Positions 25,047 through 37,845 of a stretch of DNA of 64,000 bases are shown here, in pieces (the stretch's first letter is position 1; each line of letters opens with the position of its first letter). Source of the DNA: Cycas panzhihuaensis (lineage: Eukaryota; Plantae; Cycadophyta); contig CM041465.1 in NCBI GenBank assembly GCA_023213395.1, forward strand, positions 145,645,741 to 145,709,740, read 5' to 3'. A model generated the notes under the pieces. The model did not search any database. It saw nothing but the letters and a program-made list of their open reading frames with translations, and was not told where the DNA came from. Made by a program: the position numbers and the translations under genes.

Positions 25047-28000
25047 GACAACGTCAGCAACAACCTCAATATCCTACTCAAGTTGTTTGTCACTACTCTG
25101 GCAAACCTAGTCGCATTGCACCTGATTGTAGGAAAAAGAAAGTTGATCTACAACAACAACAACATCAAAATTGCCCTGCCATTCGAGGCAATCAGAATCA
25201 TGGACGTGCTAATTATCAAGAACCATAAAGGTAAAACCAAAATGACTTCCAAGGACCAAAGAGATAGAATCAAAATGCCCCTCAAGGCAATCAACAAAAT
25301 AGAAATTGCAACCGGGGACGAAATCAGAATCAAAGAGGCTACATAGCCGATTCACAAAAACTTTTCTTTGTTACATCAGCTACACATCATTCTGATAAAT
25401 CCTAGTTGATAGATTCTGGAGCCTTTCGTCACATGACAGGTTCCAAACAACTACTTACAAATACAAGGCCAATGCAAGACCAATTAGTTACATTTGGTGT
25501 TGATGTTGTTTTAGAGGTTGCCAAGATCAACGATACTCCCATATCTATAAAAAATACGAACATTCGACATCACCTTAATAATGTCTTCTACGTACCTAAA
25601 ATAATACACAATATCAATTACCCAAATAAATTAAAAAAACTTTGATGTTTTATTCAGTCACCTTGGAAATTTTTTTATTACAGATTTGAATGGCGATTTG
25701 ATTGCCTCTAGATATGAAGACCAAGGTTTATATAAGCTTGATGTAATTTCAAGACCTTTGTTCCTATCAACTAAAACTAGCTCTTGTGGCAATATATCTT
25801 CCACTTCTCATACTTCTGCTTTGACTTGAAATACTGATGAACAATTTGCTCCAAAAGCACTTGTTTTTCAAAAACTTCCAAAAGACCAATTGTGGCATCA
25901 ATGCCTTGGTCATTTGAATATGAACAACCTTCATCTGCTTTTCAAATTGAATATGGTGCATGGAATACCAAATATCAAGTAGACCAAATGTATTTGTGAG
26001 GCTTGTGTCATGGGAAAACATAATAGGGCTCCATTCAGGCCAAATGGAAGAGCCCGACGTGTTAAGGAACCATTAGGCCTAGTACATTCCAACATTTGTG
26101 GACCTATGTCTCAAGCATCCTTCAATGGTTGTTGATATTTTATTACATTTATTGATAATTATTCCCAGAAAGTTTGAGTTTATTTCTTGAAGCAGAAATC
26201 GGAAGAATTTAAAATTTTCAGAGAATTTAAGCATGGTGTTGAATTGGAATCTAGAAAGCTAATTAAAATCCTTCGTTGTGACAATGGAGGTGAATACACT
26301 TTTAAAGATTTCACCCAATTTTGCAAGGATAATGGCATCAAATGATAGTTCTCTACCCCTTATACACCTCAATAAAATGGAGTTGTTGAGCATATGAATT
26401 GGACCTTGGTTAGCAAAGCCAAAGCCATGCTTGCCGCTAAAAATTTGGGACTTACAATTATGGGTTGAAGCCTTTAACACAGTTGTTGACCTCACAAATC
26501 AAAGTCCAACCAAGGTTGTTTACTCCCAAGGAGCCCTGGTCAAGTCAAAAATCCACAGTCTCACATTTGCATAGCTTCAATTATACAACATATATGCTCA
26601 TACTGAAAGAACAAAGAAACAAGTTGGATAACAAAAGCAAGAAATGTATTTTCATTAGCTACCAACCTAACTACAAAGCATACAAACTTTATGATCCTAC
26701 CACTAAGCAAATGTATACATCTCGGTATATTATCTTTTCGAAAAAGAACCAAGACTTGGACATGACTCAACTTCCATTTTTTTATGAACAATCTACAGTA
26801 ACTTCTCCTCCACCTCCAGCTACATAGAACGTTCCTGCAGTTTAATTACCTCCATCAACATTGTATGCACCTGGCACTTCGTCTGCACCTCCTACCTCTA
26901 CTTCAACAAGTCCTTCAAAAGATGTTCAAGAAGAGATCACTTCAAAGCAGCTCCCTGAATGGTACTTGCAGACAATCTCTTATGTTCCATCAATACCACA
27001 ACAAACTATGAGGCAATCCAAATATAGATCATCTACCAACTTCGCCTTAATGGCACAAATGTTATTAGCTCCTGAACCTACCGCTTTTGAAGAAGTTATT
27101 GCAGATCAAAAATGGCAAGCAGCTATGAATTAGGAAATGGATTCCATTTTACAAAACGACACTTGGGAGTTGGTTTAAGTTGCCTGATGGAAAGAAACCA
27201 ATTGATTGCAGATGGATTTACAAAACAAAATTTCATGCAGATGGCTCCATTTAGCGTCACAAAGCATGTTTGGTTGCCAAAGGTTTTAAATAGATTGAGG
27301 GCATCGATTATGATGATACATTTGCCCCCGTTGCCAACATGACCATTGTGAGGCTTGTTTTGGCTTTAGCAATTCAATTTAATTGGCCTGTCTTTCAAAT
27401 AGATGTGAAAAGCACCTTTTTAAATGGCAACTTACGAGAGGAAGTGTACCTAAATCAACCTCTTAGCTATGTTGTTCGTAGAAAAGAACATCTAGTTTGC
27501 ACGCTAAAGAAGGCTCTTTATGGCCTTAAGCAATCACTTCACGCTTGATACATAAAGATAGATGAGTACTTTCAAAAACATGGACTTGTAGGCTCATCCT
27601 TAAATTCAAATTTATAGATCAAAATCCAAGATAATTTGACCACACTTGTTGTACTATATTTTGATAATTTGTTGATAATAGGTAACGACACAAAGTGGAT
27701 TTCATACCTTTAAGGATAATTGAATAGCAACTTTGAAATGACTGACCTCAGGTTGCTTCGTTACTTTCTTAGCATGGGAGTTTGGCAGCAATTGTTCGCG
27801 GCCAAAAAGACAGTTGTTATTTTGAGGTGTAATAGGTGCAATCAAACGTTAGATAGGTGCAACCAAGTTTTGACAGGTGCAACCAAACTTCAGGCAGGTG
27901 CAACCAAACCTCTGACAGGTGCAACCAAACTTCTGACAGGTGCAACCAAGCTTCTGAGACCACCTTGCTTTATTTTCCAATAGGCTAAAAATTAAGAAAA

Positions 28001-31000
28001 TCAAGGATCCAGAAGAAATTAAGGCACAATTCTTTTCAACATTGTGGGGAGTAGCAATAGCCTAGTACCAGTATGTGGCAAAAGCAAATCCAACATGGAA
28101 AGCGGTGCAGACACAGTTCTTGGACAGATTCCAGCGATTACGAGATCCAATATCCATTTTTCAAGCCCTAGAGGAGATTCGAAAGGTACCAGGTGAGTCT
28201 ATTAATGATTTTGATGACAGACTCTAAATTATTATGAACAAAATGGATCCTGCCATACCCATGAACCCAATGTTATCTCTGAAATATTTTGTACAAGGGT
28301 TGTTACCTCATTTGAAAGAAACGATTATTTTTTATCCATCGAATAGCTATGAGCAAGTCAAAGACTTGGCTCTATAGTTTGAAAACCAAATGAGAACGGG
28401 TTATTTACAAACTAGAATTCAGAATGTTGGGCAAACAAGTGTGTCTCAATGAATGATAAATCCTGAAGTAGAAGCCTTCAGAAAGGAAGTTGAAATGTTG
28501 AAACAGCAATCCTTGGTTGTGCTTCTTGGAACAAGCCAACAAAATGAGAAGATTAAAAAATTAAGGGCAGAAATAGCTAAATTGAGGATAGGGAGATCCC
28601 GGGAAAACATATGGTGTCCTCCCTGTGGACAACCAAGGCATTTCAAGAATGATCATCAGCAAATGGGGGAAAGGAGATGGTGCGAAATTTGTAAAAGGGG
28701 AAACCATCATACATGGAATGTTATTATAAAACACCAATGAGGGAGTCATTTTACTAAAGGAAAGAAGGCAATTCCTTTAAACAGTATAAAGGAAAAACAA
28801 AACCAGTTCACTGCCATTTGTGTTCAAGATGGCGACATTTTCAAATACACTGCCCATTACAAAAGCAGGAAGGAGACTATATCTGTGAGGAATGTGGTTC
28901 GGCAGACCACGAATGGGCAAACTGCCCAAAGAATCCCAGTCTGAAAGTGCAGACTTCCAATTTAGCAACAAAGGTTCCAGACAAAGAACAACCAGTCTAT
29001 ATCCAAACAAGAAGTGGAAAAACCACTGCCATACGATTCTGTAAAATTTTCCGACCGGTAGTAGAAAAAGGAATTGCAAAGCGATCGCAGGAAGCGACGA
29101 AGATAGTGCAGCAAGAGGAAATAAAGCAGGCCAATAGATTTAAAGGCCAGGTTTATCAGAGACGAACAACATTTCATGAGGAACAACCTAAGAGGAATCC
29201 ATAGCAGAAGATACAAGAACTAAAGGAATTGTTGATTGAAATAGGAATCTCTATTCCTATATCTATCATCTTTAAATGGTAGGAGGCCGACTATTTCTAG
29301 CAAGCAATCTTAGATCAAATTGAAAAACCTGTGTTGCGAGCATTAAAAACAAATTCAATTGATCATAGGGTTCCTATGACCCTTTTTAGTACGACGATTT
29401 GCAAAACCATTGTAGACAGTGCGTCAGGCGTAAATGTGCTCCCAGAGATCACATGGATTTCGTTGGGACGGCCAGAAATGGTTTCCCCAGATTATGCGAT
29501 CAGACTAGTTAATCAGTTATAGGTCACACCAATGCGGTCTCTATTGAATATTCCAGTTACGGTTGTAGGGATTACAATTTGCTTAGATTTCGCAATTATA
29601 AGAATGCAAAATCATAACAAGACATACCCAGCACTTCTTGGAAAACCGTGGTTACTTGCAACAGAAGCGTTGCAAAACTGGGGAAAATTGACTTTCACCT
29701 TGCACACTACAAGACAAAAAGTAGTTCTACCCCTTTGTTCGGATGGGCCTCAAATAGAGAAGGTTGAAAATAAAGATACAACATCTGCAATGACTATTAC
29801 GTCAACGACCACTGTCAGTCCTTGCTCGAAGACAGCATTTCAAGCATAAAAAACTCCTCCTCACCTTCCGAGTGAAGCATCATCAGCCTATATGTTAGAT
29901 TGGCTGCTAACAGCATGGGAGAAAACGGGAGATGCATCTTCAAACTGTTATCAACTAGAGCTGTGCCCAAATGAGCAACAATAGGATCAGAGTAACATAG
30001 GTAATCTTGTACCTCAAAATAAGAAGAAGGGTGAAGCAGAAAGCCATGTAAAAGATCTTTTTCCTAATAAAAAACAAGATGATTGCTTGTATTTGTTGTC
30101 TTCCAATAAGACATGGCTGTAATTTGACTTGAATGTTGCCAGAAAATGAATCAATAGTTGGAAATGCTTGTTTAAAACTCTTGCACATACTAAATTGATG
30201 ATAGGCTTAGAAAAACAGCAAGGTGTCCCTCCCTTCGGGGAAAGGAATTGCTATCAAATACACAAACAAGACGAAGCACGAAATTTTCCTCAAGCGTATT
30301 CTATTATAGAATATGGTCAAAAGGAAATCTGTCAGACCCCAGCCTATGAGTTAAAACCAGATGGGAAAACTATTCAAAAGAAGAAGCTCCAATTAAAACA
30401 AATTAATGTAGGAACAGAAGAGGATCCTAAATGGATAAAAGTGGGGGAATATTGGGAACCAAAAGTTATGCAATAGGCAACAGCACTCTTTTGTGAATAT
30501 AAAGATGTGTTTGCATGGTCCTATAAGGACCTAAAAGGAATTCCCCCAGAAGTGGGGAAGCACAAAATTGAATTGATGGAAAACGTAAAACCAGTAAAGC
30601 AGAGACCTTACGAGATGAACCATCGATACAAGGAGCACGTGAAAGCAAAATTAGTTAAATTATTAAAAGCGGGATGCATTTTTAAGGTCGAAAATAGTGA
30701 ATGGGTAAGCCTAATTATGGTGGTACTCAAAAAGAATGGGAAAATGCGTGTATATGTTAATTACAGGGCTTTAAATAAAGCCACCAAGAAAGACCCATTT
30801 CCAATTCCTTTCACAGAGGACATATTCGAAAAAGTTACGGGACACGAAGTATTTTCATTTACCGATGGGTTTATTGGATGTAATCAGGTCCAAATAGCAC
30901 CCAAAGATCAATTGAAGACAACATTTGTCACAAAATGGCACACTTATGCCTACCGAGTAATGTCGTTTGGACTGACTAATGCCCCGGCAACATTTCAAAG

Positions 31001-33419
31001 AATAATCTTAAACATTTTTCGAGAATTGATAGGAAAGGCAATTGAAGTGTTCTTAGACGATTGAACTTTGTATAGTCTCTTAAAAAATCACTTGCTCCAG
31101 TTGAGACTAATGTTGCAAATGTGCAAGAAAAATGGATTATGCCTGGATCTAGACAAATGTACCTTTATGGTACCATTTGGATCTTTGTTGGGCCATATTG
31201 TTTCAAAAGAAGGATTGATGACAAATCTAGCAAAAGTGGAGGTGATTCTCAAATTTCCAGTTCCTCAAAACCCAAAAAATCTAAAAGGATTCTTGGGAAT
31301 GATTGGATATTACCAAAAATTCGTAAGGGGATATGCCCAAATTGCCTATCCTTTGGAATCATTGTTGAAAAAGGCAAAGAAATGGGAATGGACAATGAGA
31401 CAACAATTGTCCTTTGATGCTTTGAAGAAAAGGATAGTGGAAGCCCCTGTGCTTAGATTCCCAAATTGGAACAAACCGTTCCATGTACATGTGGATGCCC
31501 CATTGTACGCTATTGGATGTGTGTTGGCCCAACCTGCTGATGAAAAAACTGACCTTCCCATCGCATTTGCAAGTCAAAAATTGACATAAGTTGAATGTAA
31601 CTATACAATTACGGAACAAGAGGGACTTGGCATGATCTATGCCTTGAAAATTTTCAACATTACTTGCTAGCTAACCCATTTGTGTTCTTTGTTGATCATC
31701 AGGCTCTGCAATATTTAATCAATAAGCCTATCCTCCAAGGAAGGATTAGTCGTTGGCTAATGCTCTTTCAGGAGTTTATGTTTTAAATTATGGTGAAAAA
31801 AAGGGGACAAGCATGGGATACCAGACCAACTTTCTAGAATGAAGGAAGGAGAACCAGGCACTGAGCTATTTGATGATTTCCCAAACCATAAATTATTTCC
31901 TATCGAAGTTGTTCCATCATGGTACAAGGGAATTGCAAAGTATTTGTCCATAGGACAAACACCTAAGGGGTTAGAAAAGACAAAAAGAAGAAGTTTTATT
32001 ACGAAAGCCTTTCCCTTTCAATTAATAGGTGGCATGTTGTATAAAATGGGGCCAGATGAAGTATTACAAAGGTGCATATTGCAACATGAAATGCAAACAA
32101 TATTGAGGGAGGCTCATGAAGGAGCAGCTTCAACCCATCATGGGAGCAAGGCCACGCACGAGAAATCTTACTAGCAGGACTATGGTGGCCAACCTTATTC
32201 GAGGATCCTAAGAAATGGGTAAAGACTACTTGCCCCTACATCCTATACAGGCCCGGGCCCCATTTGAAAAACGGGGGCTAGATTTCGTAGGACCAATCAG
32301 CCCTTCGGCCCGTAGGACCAATGCAAGATATATACTAGTGGCTACAGATTTTTTGACAAAATGGATGGAAGCCAAACCAATAAAGAAACATGATGCTAGA
32401 AGTACAGCCCAATTTTTATATGAAGTCATTATAGTTAGGTTTCGTTGTCTCCTGGAGATTGTATCAAATCAAGAAGGGAGTTTTCTGAATCAGACAATAA
32501 AATAGTTGACTTTGAAATTCTTGTTACAACATGGTAAATCCTCACCATACTATCCCAAGGCAAATGGACAAGTCGAAAGTACTAACAAAATCTTGAAGAT
32601 AGCCTTGATGAAAATTTGCAATGCGGACCAGACGAATTGGGCAGAAAAGTTGCATTCAATTCTTTGGGCAGATAGAGCAATGAAGAAAAGGCCTCATAAA
32701 CATATCCCATTCCAATTGGCATATGGATTGGAAGTTGTGATCCCTTTGGAATTTCAGGCAGAAAGCTTGAGAGTAGCACAACAGTTAAGACTAGAACTAG
32801 AAGTTTCCTATGACCAAAGACTGATTCAACTATTGAAATTAGATGAGACACGGGCTCGAGCTCTGTTGGGAGTTATAGGTAGAGAAAAGAAGACGTAAAG
32901 CCTGGCATGATCAACACTTGAAAAAACCAGAATATAAGGTAAATGATTTAGTTTTATTATATGATAGCAAATTTTAAATGAAACTAGGCAAAATGAAGAT
33001 AAGATGGTTGGGCCCTTACAAGGTTGTTCACATCTATGAAAATGGGGTTGTTAGACTAGAGCAGTTAGATGGTCAGCCCTTGACTAAGCTGGTCAATGGC
33101 AGTAGGATAAAACTGTATAAAACATGAAAAAAACAAAAAACAAAAAAAAGAGCACAAAAACCAAGGGGGCAAGTTCTCTAATCAGAAGAGAATATTCGAT
33201 GGACTTAACAACGAACACAACAAGCAAGGACACAACGGTTGCCGGTTATCAACAATAAAGAGTCATAATGGAAAGACGTGGAAGTGACGAGTAATTAACT
33301 ACTGACGGAGTGGTATGTACAATGGTGCGACCACCTCAAATGATGATGAAGCACGTCGACCAAAAAAGAATATCATTGTCTGGTAAGAGAGGTACGGTGC
33401 AGCGACGTAAATCTTAAGG

Positions 33420-35096
33420 ATGGAAGATTATTGGGACAAGGTAATTAAAGCAAAGCACTGCAAAGACTGTGAGCAGCAGACGAACCGACGCACAAAGGAA
33501 GCGATGACGAAAATGATTGGTTTCAGAGAGAACAATGATCCTCAAATTCGCTCAAAATGGCAGCTCATGGGAGATGAAGACACATGGAAGAAACTGATGA
33601 TAGCGGCGGGATTTCGCAAGTATGTGTTGGTAGGGATTTTCCCATGTTCTGTGAAATTCATGAGTACAGTGACTCCATTAATAATGACACACCCAAAGAT
33701 ACTACAAATTTCATAAGATACGATAGCAGCGGTCACTGGTCTCCCTAAAGACGATGAACCTGTAAAAAGAGATATCAGATAACTAGGGAAGAAGCAGCAA
33801 GGCAAATTGGAGCAAACGACAAGGATGTCTCACTAGGGTTATACTAACCCAAAAAAGTTTGTTTGTACCAGCAAATCTAAGAAGCATGGTCAATCAGGTA
33901 GCTCAAGGGAAGCGATACAACTGGGCGAACTTTGTAGCAGGGCGAATGCATCAGAATTTGCAAATTGTCCAAGAGACAATAAAGTCAGTCACTTTTTGTC
34001 ATGTAACGATCCTGCAAGGAGTATTATTCGCACAATGTCCAGAAATGGTAATGCTTGAACCAAAAGAAGAACAGGCACCCTTAGCCTATTGGACAAGCGC
34101 TTGCACCAGCGATGAAAAATGGATAGAGATTCAGAATGTGGTTCAAAATTGAGTGCAAAAACAAAAGTGAATGAAATAAAGGAAGAAGATGAAAACAGAG
34201 GAGAAAATTCACAGGAGAAGGGGGAACAAAAAACTAAAATTCCCCAGGGAGAAGTAGATGAAAAGAAGGAAGAACCTCCAAAAGAGGAGGAAGAAAAGGA
34301 AAAAGAGCAAGATAAACTGGGGAAAAGAAAATAGAAAGAAGGAAACAGTAAACAATAGGAATATATAGAGGACAAGTTTCAGAGACAAAAAAGGATAAGA
34401 ATAGATCGAGAAAAGAGGAAATAGGAAGTCATAGAAAGAATCGAATATAATGTAGATAAGGAAATATTAGAAGAAGGACTAGATCCTAAGAAGTGTGATC
34501 CGCAGGATGTGTCTAGATGGAGAACATCCTTTCTAGCTCGAGTGACCAGACAGTTAGTTATGGAATTAGAAAGTAGGTCCAAACTTGTGAGAGAAACATT
34601 AAGAATAATTCAATTGGAGTAGCAACTCCAGGTGACTAAAGAGAAGTTGGAATCTTTAAAGAAATTTCTGTTGGAATGGGTAGACGATGTTGACAAAGTC
34701 ACCCCACAGCTACAGCAACTCAAGGAAAGATTTAATCAACACATTCCAGAGGACATGCAGCCTGTATTTCATTAGTTGGGAGCATGGATCCTTAAGTTGT
34801 ATGAAGAATCGGAATGTTGCATGAAGTTATGGCAAGAGATGAATACATACCAGACAAAATTGGAGTTTGCTCAAAGATTGAATGCTAAATTGAATTGAGA
34901 AATAGAGCAGTTGAATTTAGGAGAGATGCCTATGATTCCACAATTATACACAATGCGAGATGTAGTGTTATTATGTGAATACCTGAAACAAAACAAGTTA
35001 AGGTTGCCCCCACAAATTGGTAGGCTAGAAATGGAATATATTAGGAAAGAAAAAACAAAGATTAGGGAGGCCCAGTTAAGGAATAAGGGTAAGTAA
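33420..35096 (+). pseudogene. Additional sense ORF of Gypsy E between integrase and 3' LTR, fragmented
   Basis: ORF pieces 33420-33716, 33859-34152, 34119-34334, 34911-35096. TIAAVTGLP and YNWANFVAGRMH motifs followed by an E/K-rich coiled-coil-like region. Confidence 0.7.
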
Positions 35097-35239
35097 AAAT
35101 TCTAAAATTTTGTATAGGGGGAGAGTAAGAAAGGGGAGTAAAATTTTTTGAAATTTTAAAAATGAGTATGTTACTCGTTTAAAGTAGCTGCAAGGGAGAT
35201 GTGCATGGCCAAAAAGACAACTGTTATTTTGAGGTGTAA

Positions 35240-35500
35240 TAGGTGCAACCAGACTTTAGATAGGTGCGACCAAGTTCTAACAGGTGCAACCAGACTGCTG
35301 ACACGTGCAACCACTTCAAACAGGTGCAACTAGATTGCTAATAGATGCAACCAGACTTCAGGCAAGTGCAACCAGACTTCAGATAGGTGCAACCAGGCTT
35401 CGGACAGGTGCAACCAGAGCTTCAACAGGTGCAACCAAGCTTCGAACAAGTGCGACCAGAGTTCAGCAGGTGTGACCATCTCTCCGACAGGTGCAACCAG
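35240..35500 (+). repeat. Minisatellite of about 13 CAGGTGCAACCA-core units (18-21 bp period) in the Gypsy E LTR; about 6 units also at 27833-27955
   Basis: Directly visible repeated AGGTGCAACCA with variable 7-10 nt linkers. Confidence 0.95.
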
Positions 35501-36991
35501 GGCAGCATTAGTTAAGAATAAGGCATAAAAATGATGTTAAGAATGATGAAAATAGTTATAGCAAGTAGTTATGAATATAGGATAGGAGACATAAATAAAG
35601 TTATTGTAAGAATGAGAGATCATCTGTATTGTATGTATATTCCTGCAAAGTGCCATCTGACTACGACCATTGTACACTGTTCAGGCCTACGTCTGGTTGT
35701 GAGAGGACTAGACGCAGTGCCCTTTTTGGTAATAGAAGCTTGGTTTTTGTGCTCCAAATTCCTGTGTCTTTCTCTTTTGCTTGAAATTATTGTGGAATTC
35801 AGTAGAAGAATGTTATGATAGAAGAGAAGATGCACAACAACTAGGCCACATCTTCTTTTTGCAATCCAAATATGCAAGGAAGATCCTTCAGAAATTCAAA
35901 ATGGAGGAATGCAAGCCATCACCAACTACCCATGGATCCCACTTTGTATAGACAACTTGTGGGAAAATTAATTTACCTCACACATACTCGACCAGACATA
36001 TCGTATGATGTTAGGATCTGCTCTAGGTTTATGACTCAGCCCGAGATTTCACATTGGAAAATAGCTATGAGGATCCTAAGTATCTGTGGGGCTCACTTCA
36101 ATTTGGACTTGATTACTGCTAAGTGGACAATCCTTCTTTGGCAAGTTACACAGATGTTGATTGGGCTAGATGCAAAGATAGTCGTAGAACAACCTCAGGC
36201 TACTACTTTAATCTGAGTTCTGCATCTGTTTCCTAGAGCTATAAAAAGCAACCAAATATCACCTTATCCTCCACCAAAGCAAAGTACAAAGCTGCTATCA
36301 ACGCAGCTACAGGGGCTATCTAGCTTAGAAGGATTCTTTATGAGCATGGTATTGATTTGACACAAGCTACTACTCTTTTCTATGATAATTAGAATGTTCT
36401 CAAATTGACCAAGAATTCTGCGTTCCATGCAAGAACAAAGCATATCGAGGTTCACCATCACTTCATCAGGGAGCATGATCAAGATGATGAGATTGATTTG
36501 GTTTACAAGCCAACCAACAAACAAATTGTTGATATCTTCAACAAAGCACTTCCTCATGACAAATTTGAACAATTTCGACTTGGCCTCAATATCAGAATTA
36601 ATGAACTCATCATTAAGGGAGGGTGATAGAAGAATTAATATTGATTTCATTAATTCAACTTAGTCCTTTTGTAAATGTAATATACATTTATAAAATTAAA
36701 ATGATGTTAGTAAGTTATTACATTACAGGAGTAATACTGTAAAACTAGTGGTCATTCTTTTCTAGGCAATGAGTTACAAGGCAACTTTACATAAATGATC
36801 TTAGTTTATTTAAAGATTCTCCCTTCTACTCTATTGATTTTGGGTATTTCAATCTCATCCCATCTATCATTTTTGAAATTCTAGGGCACCTTAACTCCAA
36901 TAAGAATTAAGAATTAATGACAATTGCATATCTTTAGGTCTAATTTCTTTTACAAAATACTCTTTTATAAATCTCTTAGTTATATTTTGAT

Positions 36992-37803
36992 TGTTAAAAT
37001 ATAATGTCATCTCCCTTGTTGTACTAGTACATGTAACATTATATTAGACACTATAACTTTATATTAGTTAGTGTAACTTAATGTTAGGTTAACTGCCATT
37101 AAGTATTAGTCACTAACCTGAACCCCATTTATGTTAGAGCCTCATTTGCTAGCCTGATAACCTCTAAAAGTGAGTTTTTGTACCATCATATGGTCAGACC
37201 ATACAACCATACGAATCAAAAATCAACCTGCTTAGAATCGACCAAAATTTGGTGAGCAAGTGTGCCTCACTAAGCTCGTCAACTTTGTCGAAAGGCACAA
37301 AGTCAAATTCTCAATCGTTGGGCCTATTTTTGAAGAAAACTGAAAGCCACCCATGTGGAGCTTCTTCTGCTCATTACTTGTTGTACAGTCAAGCATCTAA
37401 GGTAAAACAAGTATCGATTGAAAGCTCCTCAGACCTTTCATTTGATATGTGATTCAAACCTATCCGCCACACGTGTGAAGAGAAATAAAGGCCAAAAACC
37501 CTAACCACAAATCCAAATTTCGCCAATCAATTTTTCCCCAACAAAAAGTCAAATCAAAAATTGGAGGACAGTTCCAGACTCCTCTTGATAAAATCTATCA
37601 TTTGAGTCTAGTTTTGATCATTTTCAAGAAAGTCAATTTTTTTGCTCCTTACCAAGTCTGTACAGTAATCCGTACGGCCTATTGTACATCAAAAATCCAT
37701 CTTTATCAGAAAAATGTCTTCAGTCCACATCTTCTTGTAGCATAATCATTTTACATTTTTCACTTGTTCATTCTTATGTCTGACGATTGTTTTTTGTTTC
37801 AAC

Positions 37804-37845
<42 letters not shown>

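Larger units (their letters stand above)
27793..35836 (+). mobile_element. Ty3/Gypsy non-chromovirus element E with extra 3' ORF; 5' LTR/gag junction deleted
   Basis: 5' LTR remnant 27793-27955 matches the start of the 3' LTR 35200-35836 (TGTGCA...TGCACA). Degenerate TSD GCAAT/ACAAC. PR IVDSASGVNV; RT FAWSYKDLKGI...VFLDD; RH KPFHVHVDA; IN GLDFVGPI...SPYYPKANGQVE. No chromodomain. Confidence 0.93.
25047..36991 (+). mobile_element. 5'-truncated Ty1/Copia element J (related to B), interrupted in RT by Gypsy E
   Basis: Knuckle CHYSGKPSRIAPDC, IDSGAFRHMTG (25406), IN 26080-26750, RT 27100-27790 resuming at 35842, RH to 36626. PPT AAGGGAGGG then LTR from 36624. Confidence 0.9.

Noticed and set aside
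27720-27983. ORF with TGATK peptide repeats
   Set aside because: Read-through from Copia RT into the Gypsy LTR minisatellite; not a real protein.
33989-34375. S/F-rich 128-aa minus ORF
   Set aside because: Antisense shadow of the GAA/AAG-rich linker of the Gypsy extra ORF.
35240-35500. CRISPR-like repeat-spacer appearance
   Set aside because: The core is only 11-12 bp, linkers are 7-10 bp and related to each other, there are no cas genes, and it lies within a eukaryotic LTR. It is a minisatellite.
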